Source of the DNA: Lama guanicoe
Lineage: Eukaryota
Assembly: GCA_013239625.1 (NCBI GenBank)
Contig: MU053557.1
Span: 2,386,123-2,450,122 of the forward strand
Direction of reading: 5' to 3'
Length of the DNA stretch: 64,000 nt
The position numbers were made by a program, and so were the translations under genes. Under the pieces are notes generated by a model that saw only the letters and a list, made by a program, of their open reading frames with translations, ran no database searches and was not told the DNA's origin. Shown in pieces: positions 51,795 to 62,869 of this stretch (position 1 is the stretch's first letter; each line of letters begins with the position of its first letter).

Positions 51795-53523
51795 TGTTTA
51801 TAAGTAGAAATGTCAAACACTGGAAGCTTTACATCCTACATTTACTGTAGATAATGAACACAGAAATCTTTAATTCAAATAGTTTGTCACAGTTTTAAAG
51901 GTAATCCCATTATATAACTACTGTCTCACAAAATGTATGTGATCTGAGCCTTAAAATAGAATCTGTAATGGACCAAAGCAAAAGAAAACAGCTCTTACCT
52001 TCTGAGTTAGAAAAACAAACCACGATCGTTTGTAAAGAATGAACAAACCAAAAAACCTACAGACTGAACTTGTTTTTTTAAGAAAAATTCCATCCACAAT
52101 GTTTTTATATTTTTTCCATTGCTTGTACTAAATACAGATTTTTTTTTCAGAGAGAAGAATTAGTGAAAGTATCCCAGAATTCCATTACAGAGTAACCAAG
52201 AATCATGCATAAATGTCCTTATTATATATTTAATAGGGGAGGAAGTGTATCATCATCATATTTCGTTGGGTATGCTTTAACTTGCTGTAAATTGAATGGT
52301 TATTGCCTTTTATTCAAATTACACTGGTAATATGTTTGGGGACACAAAATTAATTTTACTGCTTTTCTTTTGGCATTGCCTTGTTTTCTATTCTTAGCCA
52401 AATTCTCTGTCTTGTGCCCCTTGAATTTTCTCTTTTCCCTACTAATTTCTCTGTCTCTCTTTCTCTCATTACTCTTGATTATCTTTATAACTTAAAAGCT
52501 CTGAGGTATTTTAAAAGTTGAGCAGGATTCCCGTTCAATGTTATGGGTGAGTTTAATACTCATTTAACAAGATGACCATCTTTATATTTGAGGGTTACCT
52601 TTGTGAATTAATACATAGGTTTTAAATCATAGCTTCTGGTTTATCTTGAGAGGAGATGTTGGGAGGAACAGACTGCTTTCAGCTTGTCAAAGAGTAACTG
52701 CCTCCTGCTACTGTTTTAGAAGAGGAGTTAATTGGGAAGAGAAAGAAGGATAGTTTTTAAGTTCTTTTTCCAAATTAGAATATAGAATGTCGTGCTAAGC
52801 TACTAAAATCCCCAAAGTTAGAAACTGAAGGCTCACTGCCGTGCTTTAAAAAGAGGCAGGTTTTAGTATAAGATGAAGTCTGAATTTACTTAAAACTTAG
52901 CCAAAATAAGCCATGGTTCGAAATTAGCCCAGAATTAGAATAAGGTGATGTTCCTTATTCTGCAAAATTCAGCATGGAAATTCTGTATGGATTTTCATTA
53001 AGTAACACTTTTTAAGCACATGAAGGTAACTCATTAAAATGTATATGTTCAAGAAAAGTCTCTTTATAGTGGAAATAGATTTTGAGCTTTGGTTGTGTGA
53101 AATAGTTTGATGGGTGAAGCTAGGGTTAGCAGGTTCAGGAAGAAACTAAAGGTAAAGAGGTTAGCCTTTGACAGATAAGCCCTTCTCCAGCTCGTATAAG
53201 ACTGATGCTAAGGGGTACCTAATAAAACAGCCACTGGACGAATGACAGAAGAGCTGGCCTTTCTAATCACTTGTGACAGAAACAACTTCATACAACACAG
53301 TTAAATCTTAGGACAGCCAGGTTATAATTCTGAAACATAATTATTACTCCTAATAGGATATTCTACTTACCAAATTGCACATTTTGAAAATGCAGGCTGT
53401 GAAGCATTTTTGTAACTCAATGGTAATAATTTTATCATGTATCATATGGCAAAGTCAACAATATTGATAAGCAACATTACAAATAAATACACTAATCGCA
53501 ATTTGTTTTGCTATGAAAGTCAT

Positions 53524-54786
53524 CTATTTATCACAATCTCCTGTCTCTTGATCTTCATGTTCCCAGGGGATAGGGTCATTGTCCTGTACACAAGGGACAG
53601 TGTCCCTCTCATGCCAAAACTGCTCTACATCAGGGAGGATGGGATTCTCAATCTTCTCTTTGCCGGAGGAGGGAGAGCCAGTTTTCTCTTTCTCTGGTTT
53701 GAATGTTGGGGATTCTGGAGATGGAACACTGTCAGGAAGGACCTGTGAGTTACCCGCTGGTGTTTCCTGAGGCTCTGAGGCAGTCGGATGTTTTCTGGTT
53801 ATCATCCATTTCCATAAGCTTTTCAAGACTTCCTTGAACTCCTCTGACATCACTAGGAAAATGAGAGGATTTGCTGAAGAGATGGAAAACATGAAGACTT
53901 GAGACAGGGCTATAAAACCTTGTGGTGGGGCCGGGCCTCCAGCCTTTAGATGCCACATCCACAGCCAAGTTACCCATTCAGGGAGCCACAGAATAGCAGA
54001 GGTGACAGCAATGCTCAGCAGCATCACTGTGAGTTGCTTTGAGCGCATCTGGTTTCTAAGATTTTGAGTCTTAGTTCCTCGTTTCTGACATTGGCCATAT
54101 GCTCTCCAGAAGTAAAAGCTGGCAAAGAGTAATGGCAGGCAGAATACCAGGAGAGGGTAGAGCTTACCAAATACTGACATGAACTCTTCGGCCACAGCAG
54201 GTACATCCATGAGGCACATTTCCACACCTGCGTGATGCCTGGTGGTGCTAAAAAGCCATTCTGGCAGGGGTAGCAGGCTAGCCACAGCCCAGATGGCCGC
54301 CAGCACCGACCAGATGGTGCAGTTGTGGATACTTACGTGCTTGGCTGGGTCACTTGCATACATGAAACATACTTTGGCCACTGCAACGATTGTCAGGCTC
54401 TTGGCTGCCATGCATGTATGGATGAACCAGTCAGAGGACTTGCAGACAAACCAGCCGAGGTCCCAAACACCTTTGGAGTATGCTGTAGCTCGGACAGGTG
54501 CAGAAAACAGCAGGAGAGAGAGATCAGCCAGGCTGAGATTCAGAATCAGGGAGTGGATCATGGATGGCTTTCCCCTCCAAGCACTGTGAAGGAGGATACC
54601 AATCACACACAGGTTCCCCACGAAGCCCACCAGGCAGACAGCCACCAAGAGAGCTGGGACTATGGTCCTCCAGTCCTTGGAGTCCGAGGGCAGGTACCCA
54701 CCGGCAAAGTGGAGGTGAGCAAAGGACACGTTCATGGTGCTGGAGTTGGAGTCTGCCGAGGCAGCTGTCAGCATCCCCTTTTCCAT
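53524..54786 (-). CDS. GPR151: G protein-coupled receptor 151, single coding exon; start at MEKG (54786) or MLTA (54774)
   Basis: Intact ORF with 7 hydrophobic segments; GN in TM1, LSLAD in TM2, WLP in TM6, NPLIF in TM7; DRY replaced by KVC; C-terminal PDVEQFWHERD...DNDPIPWEHEDQ recognised as GPR151; adjacent to TCERG1 as in other mammals. Confidence 0.97.
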   Translation of the reverse strand: MEKGMLTAASADSNSSTMNVSFAHLHFAGGYLPSDSKDWRTIVPALLVAVCLVGFVGNLCVIGILLHSAWRGKPSMIHSLILNLSLADLSLLLFSAPVRATAYSKGVWDLGWFVCKSSDWFIHTCMAAKSLTIVAVAKVCFMYASDPAKHVSIHNCTIWSVLAAIWAVASLLPLPEWLFSTTRHHAGVEMCLMDVPAVAEEFMSVFGKLYPLLVFCLPLLFASFYFWRAYGQCQKRGTKTQNLRNQMRSKQLTVMLLSIAVTSAILWLPEWVTWLWMWHLKAGGPAPPQGFIALSQVFMFSISSANPLIFLVMSEEFKEVLKSLWKWMITRKHPTASEPQETPAGNSQVLPDSVPSPESPTFKPEKEKTGSPSSGKEKIENPILPDVEQFWHERDTVPCVQDNDPIPWEHEDQETGDCDK

Positions 54787-54843
54787 CCAGCTCCTTGCAG
54801 AGGTTAGCTTCTCTGTCTTTCTGCCTGGGCTCTTTTGCGTAGG

Positions 54844-54870
54844 AAATAAATACGTCAGTGTCAAATGACA
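54844..54870 (-). promoter_or_regulatory. Candidate GPR151 core promoter: CRE-like TGACGTA overlapping TATA-like TATTTAT, plus a TGTCA-nn-TGACA inverted pair
   Basis: - strand reads TGTCATTTGACACTGACGTATTTATTT, about 60-85 nt upstream of the ATG. Confidence 0.45.
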
Positions 54871-55214
54871 CCTCTGGACCCTCCCCTTGCTTATTTCCTG
54901 AGAGCAGACTGTGGAAGAAGGTTGGTTGCTAAGCTCTTCTCGCCTTGTGTGGTATACCTTGGCTGCTCTGACTGACAGGCAGCAGGAATGCATGGTTGCT
55001 GCTCATTAGCAAGTCTAATAAATTGTCAGCCCTGTGGAATAAAAATAACCACCCCAATATACCCATCAATGATAAACGAGGAGAGCATACATGTAAGTGG
55101 GGTATGTTCCTGGGGGCTCAATACTCAAGCCAGTCAAGGCAATTCTTTTCAAATAGGTGTTTCTTAATCTTGACTGTGTTCTGTATCTCTACAGTAAACA
55201 CATCTTAAACAACC

Positions 55215-55355
55215 CAGTTCTTTTAACATAAGCATGCATCAGAATCACCTGCACAGCTTGATCCAGGAGGTCTGGACAAGGGCTCAAGAATTTGCATGTC
55301 TAACAAGTTCCCAGGGGCTGTTTATAAGTGGGTTGGGGGACCACACTGTTCTAAG
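55215..55355. mobile_element. MER5-like hAT fragment
   Basis: gcatcagaatcacctg...aatttgcatgtctaacaagttcccagg...ggaccacact. Confidence 0.7.
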
Positions 55356-56371
55356 AACCGAGGGTGCTCTTCCTCCCTGTGTTCCCTCTCCCCGCCCTGC
55401 AGAGATAAGCTTCCTCTTCTTTTACTCAACCCTCGCCACCACTTCATCCCCATCAACACCTGGCTGAGATCAAACAAACAGAGCTGGATAATGAAAAAAA
55501 GGTGCTAGAAAGAAGTGGTATTAAAAAAATAATTCTAATTAGGGATTACTGTAAATTTAGTCTACTATTGTGAATTTTTTATAGATTTTTGCACACTGCA
55601 TTTGAATGGGTTAACATACTAATAAGACTTTAAGACAAGTGATAGTGATGAAAGCCACCAAATGATGAATTAGGTTTCTTTTCAGAGAGAATTCCTGAAG
55701 GATATACTGAGGTGAGAAATAAAAGAAAAATAAACAATTTCTGTGCAGAAGGCATTTAAGAGATTTTAAAGAAAATGACATTTTAAAGTTGGGAAAAGAA
55801 AAAATTATTGGATAAAATGATTCTAGAACTTTGAAATTTTATAATGGGAAGTGGAAAGATACACTGAAGGGGATCAGAGGAGCCAGAATGGTCCAGGGAA
55901 AAGGGTTTGTGGAATTGAAATGATTATGTGTCCTACTCTGTGGCTGAATCAGAAATGCTTAGTGTCATTTAGTGGAGATTGTGCTGGGCTGGGGGTCTGA
56001 CCTCTGAGTTCTGATACTTGACTCTGCTTTCCTCAGTTATTCTCTGGAAACTAAGAATAACATTAAAAAATTCCTCAAAGACCCAGAACTCAGCCAATAA
56101 GTACTGACTCAATAAATAAGTACTCACTACTGAAAGCCACCAGTGGTGCTGGATTTCCTTTTCTGTTTTCTTTCCCTTTCTCTGGGAAGTGGTTGTACTT
56201 ATGAAAGAGTAAACTGGGGTGACATCTTATCTCAGCAATTTACAGTAACCCCCAGTTAGTGCTGCGGACAATGAAATATCCTAAAATCTCACTAGAACCA
56301 CTTCTGGTGGTAAAGAGGCCCCACATCACCTTACAAGGAGTGGGGATATATGCAAAGAAATACCTTGAGTG

Positions 56372-56822
56372 TGTCGACTGAAATAAATGCACAACCTAGG
56401 GTTTTATTCGGTGGACAACTCTGAGGACTCAGCCCGGGTTGACAGCCTCTCAGACCTCTCAGATCGCTCTGAGGGACTGCTCCGAAGAGGTAGAAGAGGA
56501 GCCAGGATATATAGGAGTTTTACAACAAAGACCAGGAAGTTGGAACATTAAAAGATTACTTCTTAACTGAAGAAAACCAGGTATCTCAAGTTAAAGAATG
56601 TAGTGCTTTTCTATGTATGGGAGGGAGCAATTTGGGCTCATTGAATTCACTCCTTTGACAAGCACCTAGCCATCTAGGGCCAGTATCCTGTCCTTTCTTA
56701 TTCTGAGTCCCTTCAGAGCGCACCATTGTGAGCGGCTGCAGAGGCCAGGCTGCAGGCTTATCTTCACTGTGGAGTGGCGGCAGCCACTGATGACTTGATG
56801 GTTTCAGCATTTTTTGTTCACT
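56372..56822 (-). mobile_element. Solo ERV1-class LTR (MER41-like artiodactyl family, from memory)
   Basis: TG at the left end; 4-bp AGTG flanks both ends; on - strand a TATA box (CTATATAT, about 56507-56514) then AATAAA (56403-56408). Confidence 0.75.
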
Positions 56823-57954
56823 AGTGTTACTTAGAGCAAATGAACGTTTTGTGAATTACAGGCTACGATCAGCTAGTGCTACCTGATGTACATGGAAGAG
56901 ATCAGTTCAGAATCTGAAAAAAAAATACTACTTTACATGATGGCTTATAAACGTGGGATGCTCGAGGTTCCTAAAGATATAGAAGACAAAAAGCTAAAGA
57001 AGTTTAAGAAGGCTTCAATAGCATAGGAATTTGATATTTAATACACTCGAGAGAAACTAAAGACTGCCATGTGGTTCTCCCCAAACCTATTGAAAGTGAC
57101 TCAGGGAAGAAAGCCCCAGTGCTCCAGTTGGAGACAAAGCATTTGGCCTGAAGGGCTGGAAGATGGAGTTTCCTATGTTCTTATGGAGAATATTTATTTT
57201 AACTTTTTATTTTGAAATAATTACAAACTTATAGAAAAAAATGCAAGGATAGTACAAAGAATTACCTTATATACTTAGTTCAGATTTTCCAATTATTAAC
57301 ATTTTGTCACAATTGTTTCTATACACACACACACACATATACACATGAACACACTTACATATATGCATATACACATACGTATTATTTTCTGAACCATTTG
57401 AGAATTGGAAATTAATTTTTGAGTTTTCTTCCTGGGAGAAAATTCCAAGTTCCAGCATCCTGAGTCTCCCGTCTTCCCACTGTCCTTTCTCACAGTCTCT
57501 CCCTGGCTCGCTCTCTCTCTCTCTATGTATATGTTGCCTCTGACCCCTGGTTTCCTCAGCTTGGAAATGAGCTTTAAGCATGGTTCCTCTACTTCCACAC
57601 GTGCTTAAGATACTAGCAACAGTGTAGCCACCAGCGCCAAACGCCCCAGCTGGGTCTCAGACTACCTTTCCTGACAGGGACATCCACCATCCATTGTGAT
57701 GTTGTCAAGAAGTAACTCCCCCAGGAATCTGAGAAAGAGTGTTACAATAATGGAAAATCTGAGCCACAGGCTTTAAAAAAACAAAATTATGTTACCAGGG
57801 ACCTCAGGCAGCTTAATACTCAAAAAAACCCAGGCAAAGTAAATTAGTAGCCAAGCTTTTAATTGGCTTCTGATAAAAGCAGAGCTAAGTGTGAGCTCTC
57901 CCTAAGACTAGGGAAAGTTTATCTTATAGCTCAGTTCCAGGAAAGAGTGATTAA

Positions 57955-58165
57955 CAACAACAATCATTTACTGAGTGAGTCCTAACTTCCGTGCTAAGTG
58001 TTCTATGCCCTGAATCCTCATGACAGCTCCTTGAGTACTATTACTACCCTCTTCTTACAGATGGTGACATGAGGCATAGACATGAGTAACTTGCCCAGGG
58101 AGAGCATGTAGGTCACACAGCTAGTTGATGAAAGGGTTAGGATAGAGATCCCCATGGGTCTGACC
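57955..58165 (-). mobile_element. MIR SINE
   Basis: catttactgagtg...gtgctaagtg...aatcctcatgacag...tacagatg...gtaacttgcccagg...ggtcacacagctagt. Confidence 0.7.
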
Positions 58166-58354
58166 CCGGAGCTGGGGTTCCAGACCTGGTGCTCATAAGC
58201 AGTAGGCTATCCTGCCCCGCAAAGGAAGTTCCGGGATGCCCACTGTTCTCCAAGGATTGCACTTGTGAAGCTGGTATAAGTCACTTCAGCAAACACTGGG
58301 ACTATAAAGCTCAAATATTTTTCTTTTTGTTTTCTTTTTTCATTTCTTCTTTTT

Positions 58355-58610
58355 GGGGGACCTGGAATCCTAAGTCTAGAATGGGAGCTGGGGACCTGAT
58401 ATACCTGGGTCTAGGAGGTTAAGTGGGAACCTGGAATACTCTGGGTCTAAGAGAGAGCTGGGTGCTTCTGATATCTGGGTCCAAGAGAGGAGCTGGGCAT
58501 ATGGGATCCCTGGGCCTAGAGTGGGAGCTGGGTATCTGGGATCCCTCGGTCCTGGAGAGGAAGTGGGCACCTTGGGCCCCTCGGTCCTGAATGGGAGTCG
58601 GGAGACTGAA
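58355..58610. repeat. Degenerate ~35-bp minisatellite, about 7 units
   Basis: Units such as AGCTGGGCATATGGGATCCCTGGGCCTAGAGTGGG and AGCTGGGTATCTGGGATCCCTCGGTCCTGGAGAGG. Confidence 0.75.
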
Positions 58611-58839
58611 TGATGCTTATCTCCAGGGGGGAAACTGAGCGCCTAGGATCACAGCTTGGAGTTCAGCTCCAAGGATTTTATGTGAAGCAGGTGTGGGGTA
58701 TGGAATTAGAGTCTGGGAACAATTGGTCCTAGAGCTTTGAGTTCGTGAGGGGAGCTGGTTTCATGAGTTCTGGAAGAGAAGTGGGGTCTCTAGATCCCTG
58801 GGTGGACAGAGAAGCGGGTACAGGGGTACAGAGCCCCTG

Positions 58840-59600
58840 GGAACCGCGGGTGGGAGAAGAGTCCCTTTTCTCTAGGAGCTACCATCGAGGTGGCGAGGCG
58901 AACCAACAAGGAGAGCAGCGATAACAGAGCCACGGGAATACCGGCTGAGGATGCCTTAAGGAGAAGCACCTGGAGCCAAGACACTGGGGAACAGCTTGTT
59001 CCAATCAGAGACCGGAAGCAGTATGGCTTACTTCCGGTCTCGGGGAGTAAGTGCTCATGCTCGGGCCCTCGGGCTCTGCGGCTGCGGGCGGAGCTCCGGG
59101 AAGGGCGAGTGGGGCTGGCGCGGCTCCGGCGCCGTCGGCGGTCTCCTGTGGAGCGTGCGCGGCTCTGTCTCCAGGGGCGGCGGCGAAGTCAGCCCTCGCT
59201 TTGGCGCCGTCTTCACCGGCCCAGCAGGCGCTCGGCCCTGAGACGCGGTTGGTCCTGCCCTCTGTGCTGAAGGCCTTGCGCTCCCGAAGCTTCCTTTCTC
59301 TAGTCCTCTGACGGGGCTCGTTTTTTTTGTCCACAGTTCCTCGTTGCTGAGGGGCCTCCCTGAATGGCGTGTTCCATTATCCGGTGTCTTTGGAGGGTCG
59401 TTCCAGGCAGCAGGCGCCAAGCTGAGTGCCCGTCCGTCTCTAAGGTCAGTGTTGCGAAGGTCTGGCTGAGTCCGAGGGGCCGCTGCTGCAAAACAGCCCC
59501 TTCCTCGGCGTCCTGCTTCTGCGGTTGGTTAGGTAGCTGCTGAATCCACTGTAGGGAAGGTGATGAAGGAAGACGGGTTGTGCTGTTCGTTACAGAGTGG
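58840..59600. promoter_or_regulatory. CpG island with CCAAT box (59001) and inverted ETS sites (59008-59041)
   Basis: Abrupt rise in GC and CpG density over an otherwise CpG-depleted window; CCAATCAG; ACCGGAAG and CTTCCGGT. Confidence 0.8.
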
Positions 59601-59984
59601 GCGTCAGGTGTGGAAACATAGATGATTATCTTGTGTTATTTAACGTCAATAACCATCTATTACGCATTTACATACGTCTCCAGACTTGGCGGCCATCCTG
59701 TGTGTTTCAAATTCCACAAACCGGTAGCCGGGAGACCTGAACTTTGTCCTTAAAAATGAGACTGTTAGATCTGAAAGTGGCCCTTTTGGATAGTCTGTGT
59801 CACAACTTTCCAAATGTGGAGGTAGATGCTCAGAAGATGTAAATGACCTGTTGTAGGTCATTGTTTCCTTGGTATCTGGGCACTAACTAGCTGGAATCCA
59901 GGAATCCCAGCTGCCAGGTGAATGCTTTTTGCTCTTCATAATGTCTCGGCGTTTTTTACCTTTGTTAACAACTTGTGTGTGTGT

Positions 59985-60148
59985 TTTTAATTTTTTGTTA
60001 GTTTTTTTTTTCTTTTAATGGGGGGAGGTAATTAAGTTTATTCATTTATTTACGTAATGGAGGTACTGGGAATTGAACCTCGGACCTCATGCACCCTAGG
60101 CATGCACTCTACCACTGAGCTATACCCTACCTCTACCCCCAACCCCCG
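59985..60148 (-). mobile_element. tRNA-Ala-derived SINE (vic-1-like)
   Basis: tggaggtactgggaattgaacc...catgcactctaccactgagctataccc; AACTTGTGT flanks both sides. Confidence 0.85.
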
Positions 60149-61724
60149 AACTTGTGTTTTGACCTTACAGAAGATGAAATTTGGAAAGCAAGAGTATGGT
60201 AAGAAGAAAAGGAGGTAGCTGCATTGTGCCCGCTTATGTAGAATTTAAAACTTTCTTTTCTTGGGGAAAAAAAAACCCAAAACACTTCTAGTCCTATTAA
60301 AACACAGCTGTGGTTGATTTGATGATGTATTTTCTTTTATCTCTTTTCTTTGTGAGAGTTTGTTTGCTTTTTACGTTGTTATAATGCAAATTATAATTGT
60401 GGCTCTGATTTTTTGTTACAACGTAATGAGAGGCCTTGATCATCCAAAACAGCTCTAGAGAGAACTGTCTGAGGGATTGATTTCCCCACAGTGAAGGCAA
60501 TTTGCTTGTTGTAGAAGCCACAGTCCTAGGAGAACCGCAAGTAAAGGGCTAATATATATATTATATATGAGCCCCAAATGGTTACAGTCATGCTTTAGAT
60601 GTAATCAGTGCAGCTCTGGCTACGGCTGTTTTGTTTTTGTGGGATACAGTTTGCTCTGGGTTCTTATTGAATAACATGTTCTGTCCTCTAGAGGAAAAGC
60701 ACGTTGTTAGGAAGATTTTATTGCTTTGACCACCTTGTACAGTGAATTCTTCTGCGTTTTGTTTTTTAAAGAGCTTTATTCACATACCACACACTTCACC
60801 CATTGAAAGTACAATTTGGTGTTTTTGTTTGTCTGTGTTTTACTCTTGGTACGTTCTTGCCCATCCTGAGTGGCTAGTGTAGATGTGATGATGGATACTC
60901 TCCTCAGCACCGACTAGAGCTATTTCCATGACTTGACTACCGGATCCAGCAGGTGGCATGGCATCGTCACACATGATTCAGACATCTCAGGACTGGATGG
61001 GCTGGGGAGGGAATGTGCAGAGTTCAGAGATCCCCTGTGAACCAGGTCTCCTGGGGGCACGCTGGGAAGGAGAAGGCCTCACCCCAGAGCCTTGACTCTG
61101 CCCTCCTTTTTAACATGGGAGATGCAGCGCTTCTGCTGGTAGGTTTTGCCGTTCATGTTTACTCTTGGGAGGAAAAAAAGTTAAAAAGATTTTTTAAAAA
61201 TCCCCGATAATGAAATATTGTATTGCAGATCTTGGAGAGATGTTTGGATGGAGGGACAGGCAGGCTGGAATTTGATTTCAGATATTTCAAACTGGGTACA
61301 AAATATTTGTCAATTAACTTTTCTGCTGAGTGCACCAAAACAGAAACCTTTACCACTCTTCAGTCCCTTGTTGCAAATCTTTGTAAGTTCTGGAAATTCT
61401 TTAAGTTTAAAACTTTTCTACTTTAGGTGTTAGTTTACCTTTTGCTCAGTAGTTGTTATTGAGACATGGAGATATGCAAGTTTTTAGTTATTCTTGTGAG
61501 GTCAATGATTTTTATCTTCACAAAATTTTTTTAAATGAGGTAAAAGAGAGAAAGTGCCCCAGAGGTTTTGACTTGCTGGTCATTGCAAAACTGGTTAGTA
61601 GCTGAGCTGAGAGAGACCCTGGATTCCTGATTCTGGTTTCAGCGTTTCCCACCAGATCAGCCTCCCACTGGGACATCAGTCTCTTGAGAGATGTTTTCAG
61701 GTATTCTGTACTAGTTTATTGTTA

Positions 61725-62000
61725 GCCCAGCTGTGGAGGCTTTAGGTGAGAAAGCGTTTCCTTGCTTTTTCTAGTTTCTAGGTGCCACCCCCATTCCTGG
61801 CTTATGCCCCTTCCTCTATCTGCAAAGGCAGCAACACAGCATCCTCCCCTCCTGCCTCCTCCCCTCCCGCCTCCTCCCCTCCGCTTCCATCATCACCTCT
61901 CTTCTGACTCCACCCCTAATGCCTCCTTCTTATAATAGATTCTTGTGATTACATTGGGCCCACTGGATAACCTACTCATTTCAAAATCCTTACATTAGTT
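61725..62000. mobile_element. MLT1-like (MaLR) LTR fragment containing a short 15-bp tandem repeat
   Basis: ggaggctttagg.gagaa..gtttccttgc...attcctggctt...cttgtgattacattgggcccactggataa. Confidence 0.65.
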
Positions 62001-62869
62001 TTTTGTATCTCGTGTTCGGGTTTAGCCCAGTCTCATAATTACATTTCTTTTGAGCATACTGCTACATTTGACAATTGTTTGGTATCAAATATCATTTGAA
62101 GAATGGTTGTTTAATGCTTTAGAGAATGCTTCTGAAAAGGATGTGCGTTTGTGGTGGGAGATAATAGTAAAACAGTTTCAGGTGTAATGGGTGAAGCAGT
62201 TGAAATTTGTAGATCACTGAGTCCTCATCTTTGAAACTGTCTTGGGTGTTGGTTAGCCGACAGGCTGCCCTAGAGAAGGGTGTCCGTGTGAAAGAACTCT
62301 TCAATCATTCAGTAAAACAATGAGGATATTCTAGACATTCTGGGAAAGTAAAGGAAGTAGGACTAAGGTTCTGTCAAGTCTTTGGAGCTATTCTGGGAAA
62401 ACATCATGCACTTTGGCAAAAAGATCATCTGTAATGTTGCATAAAACTATATACCATTGGAAGTGTTATAAAGAAGGTACCAAGTTAATGTTATGGCCAG
62501 TGATGTTCACACTTAGTTTAGCTGTGGAAAACATTCTTTCAGATGAAATCATAGGCAGAAGCCCGATAACTGACAGATAAAAGGGGAGCTGTTCTGTTTG
62601 AAGCAAGTGTTGGATGGAATCACGGTACCATTTTCCAAGGACCCCCCTCATTTAATGCTGTGGCCTGAGAGGTACTTCCCTGAAACTCTAGGGAATATAA
62701 GTCACTGACAGAATCTGGAAAAGGGTTTAAAAGCTGAGAGGCAGGAGAGTTCCCGGGTTTCTGAGGGAAGGCTGCACAGGAAATGTGAGATGTGTTACTT
62801 CCCAGATACCTCCATATGCATATTTTCAAATACATTTTATACACATAGATAATTTTTTTGTATATATAT

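Noticed and set aside
53437..54871. Several overlapping ORFs of 60-160 aa in other frames or strand over GPR151
   Set aside because: Shadow ORFs of a real coding sequence; no recognisable product
58355..58610. CRISPR-like array
   Set aside because: Mammalian DNA; degenerate tandem units without unique spacers and no cas genes
58890..59491. Unspliced 60-126 aa ORFs on both strands of the CpG island
   Set aside because: High GC suppresses stop codons; Arg/Pro/Ala/Gly-biased peptides with no recognisable family
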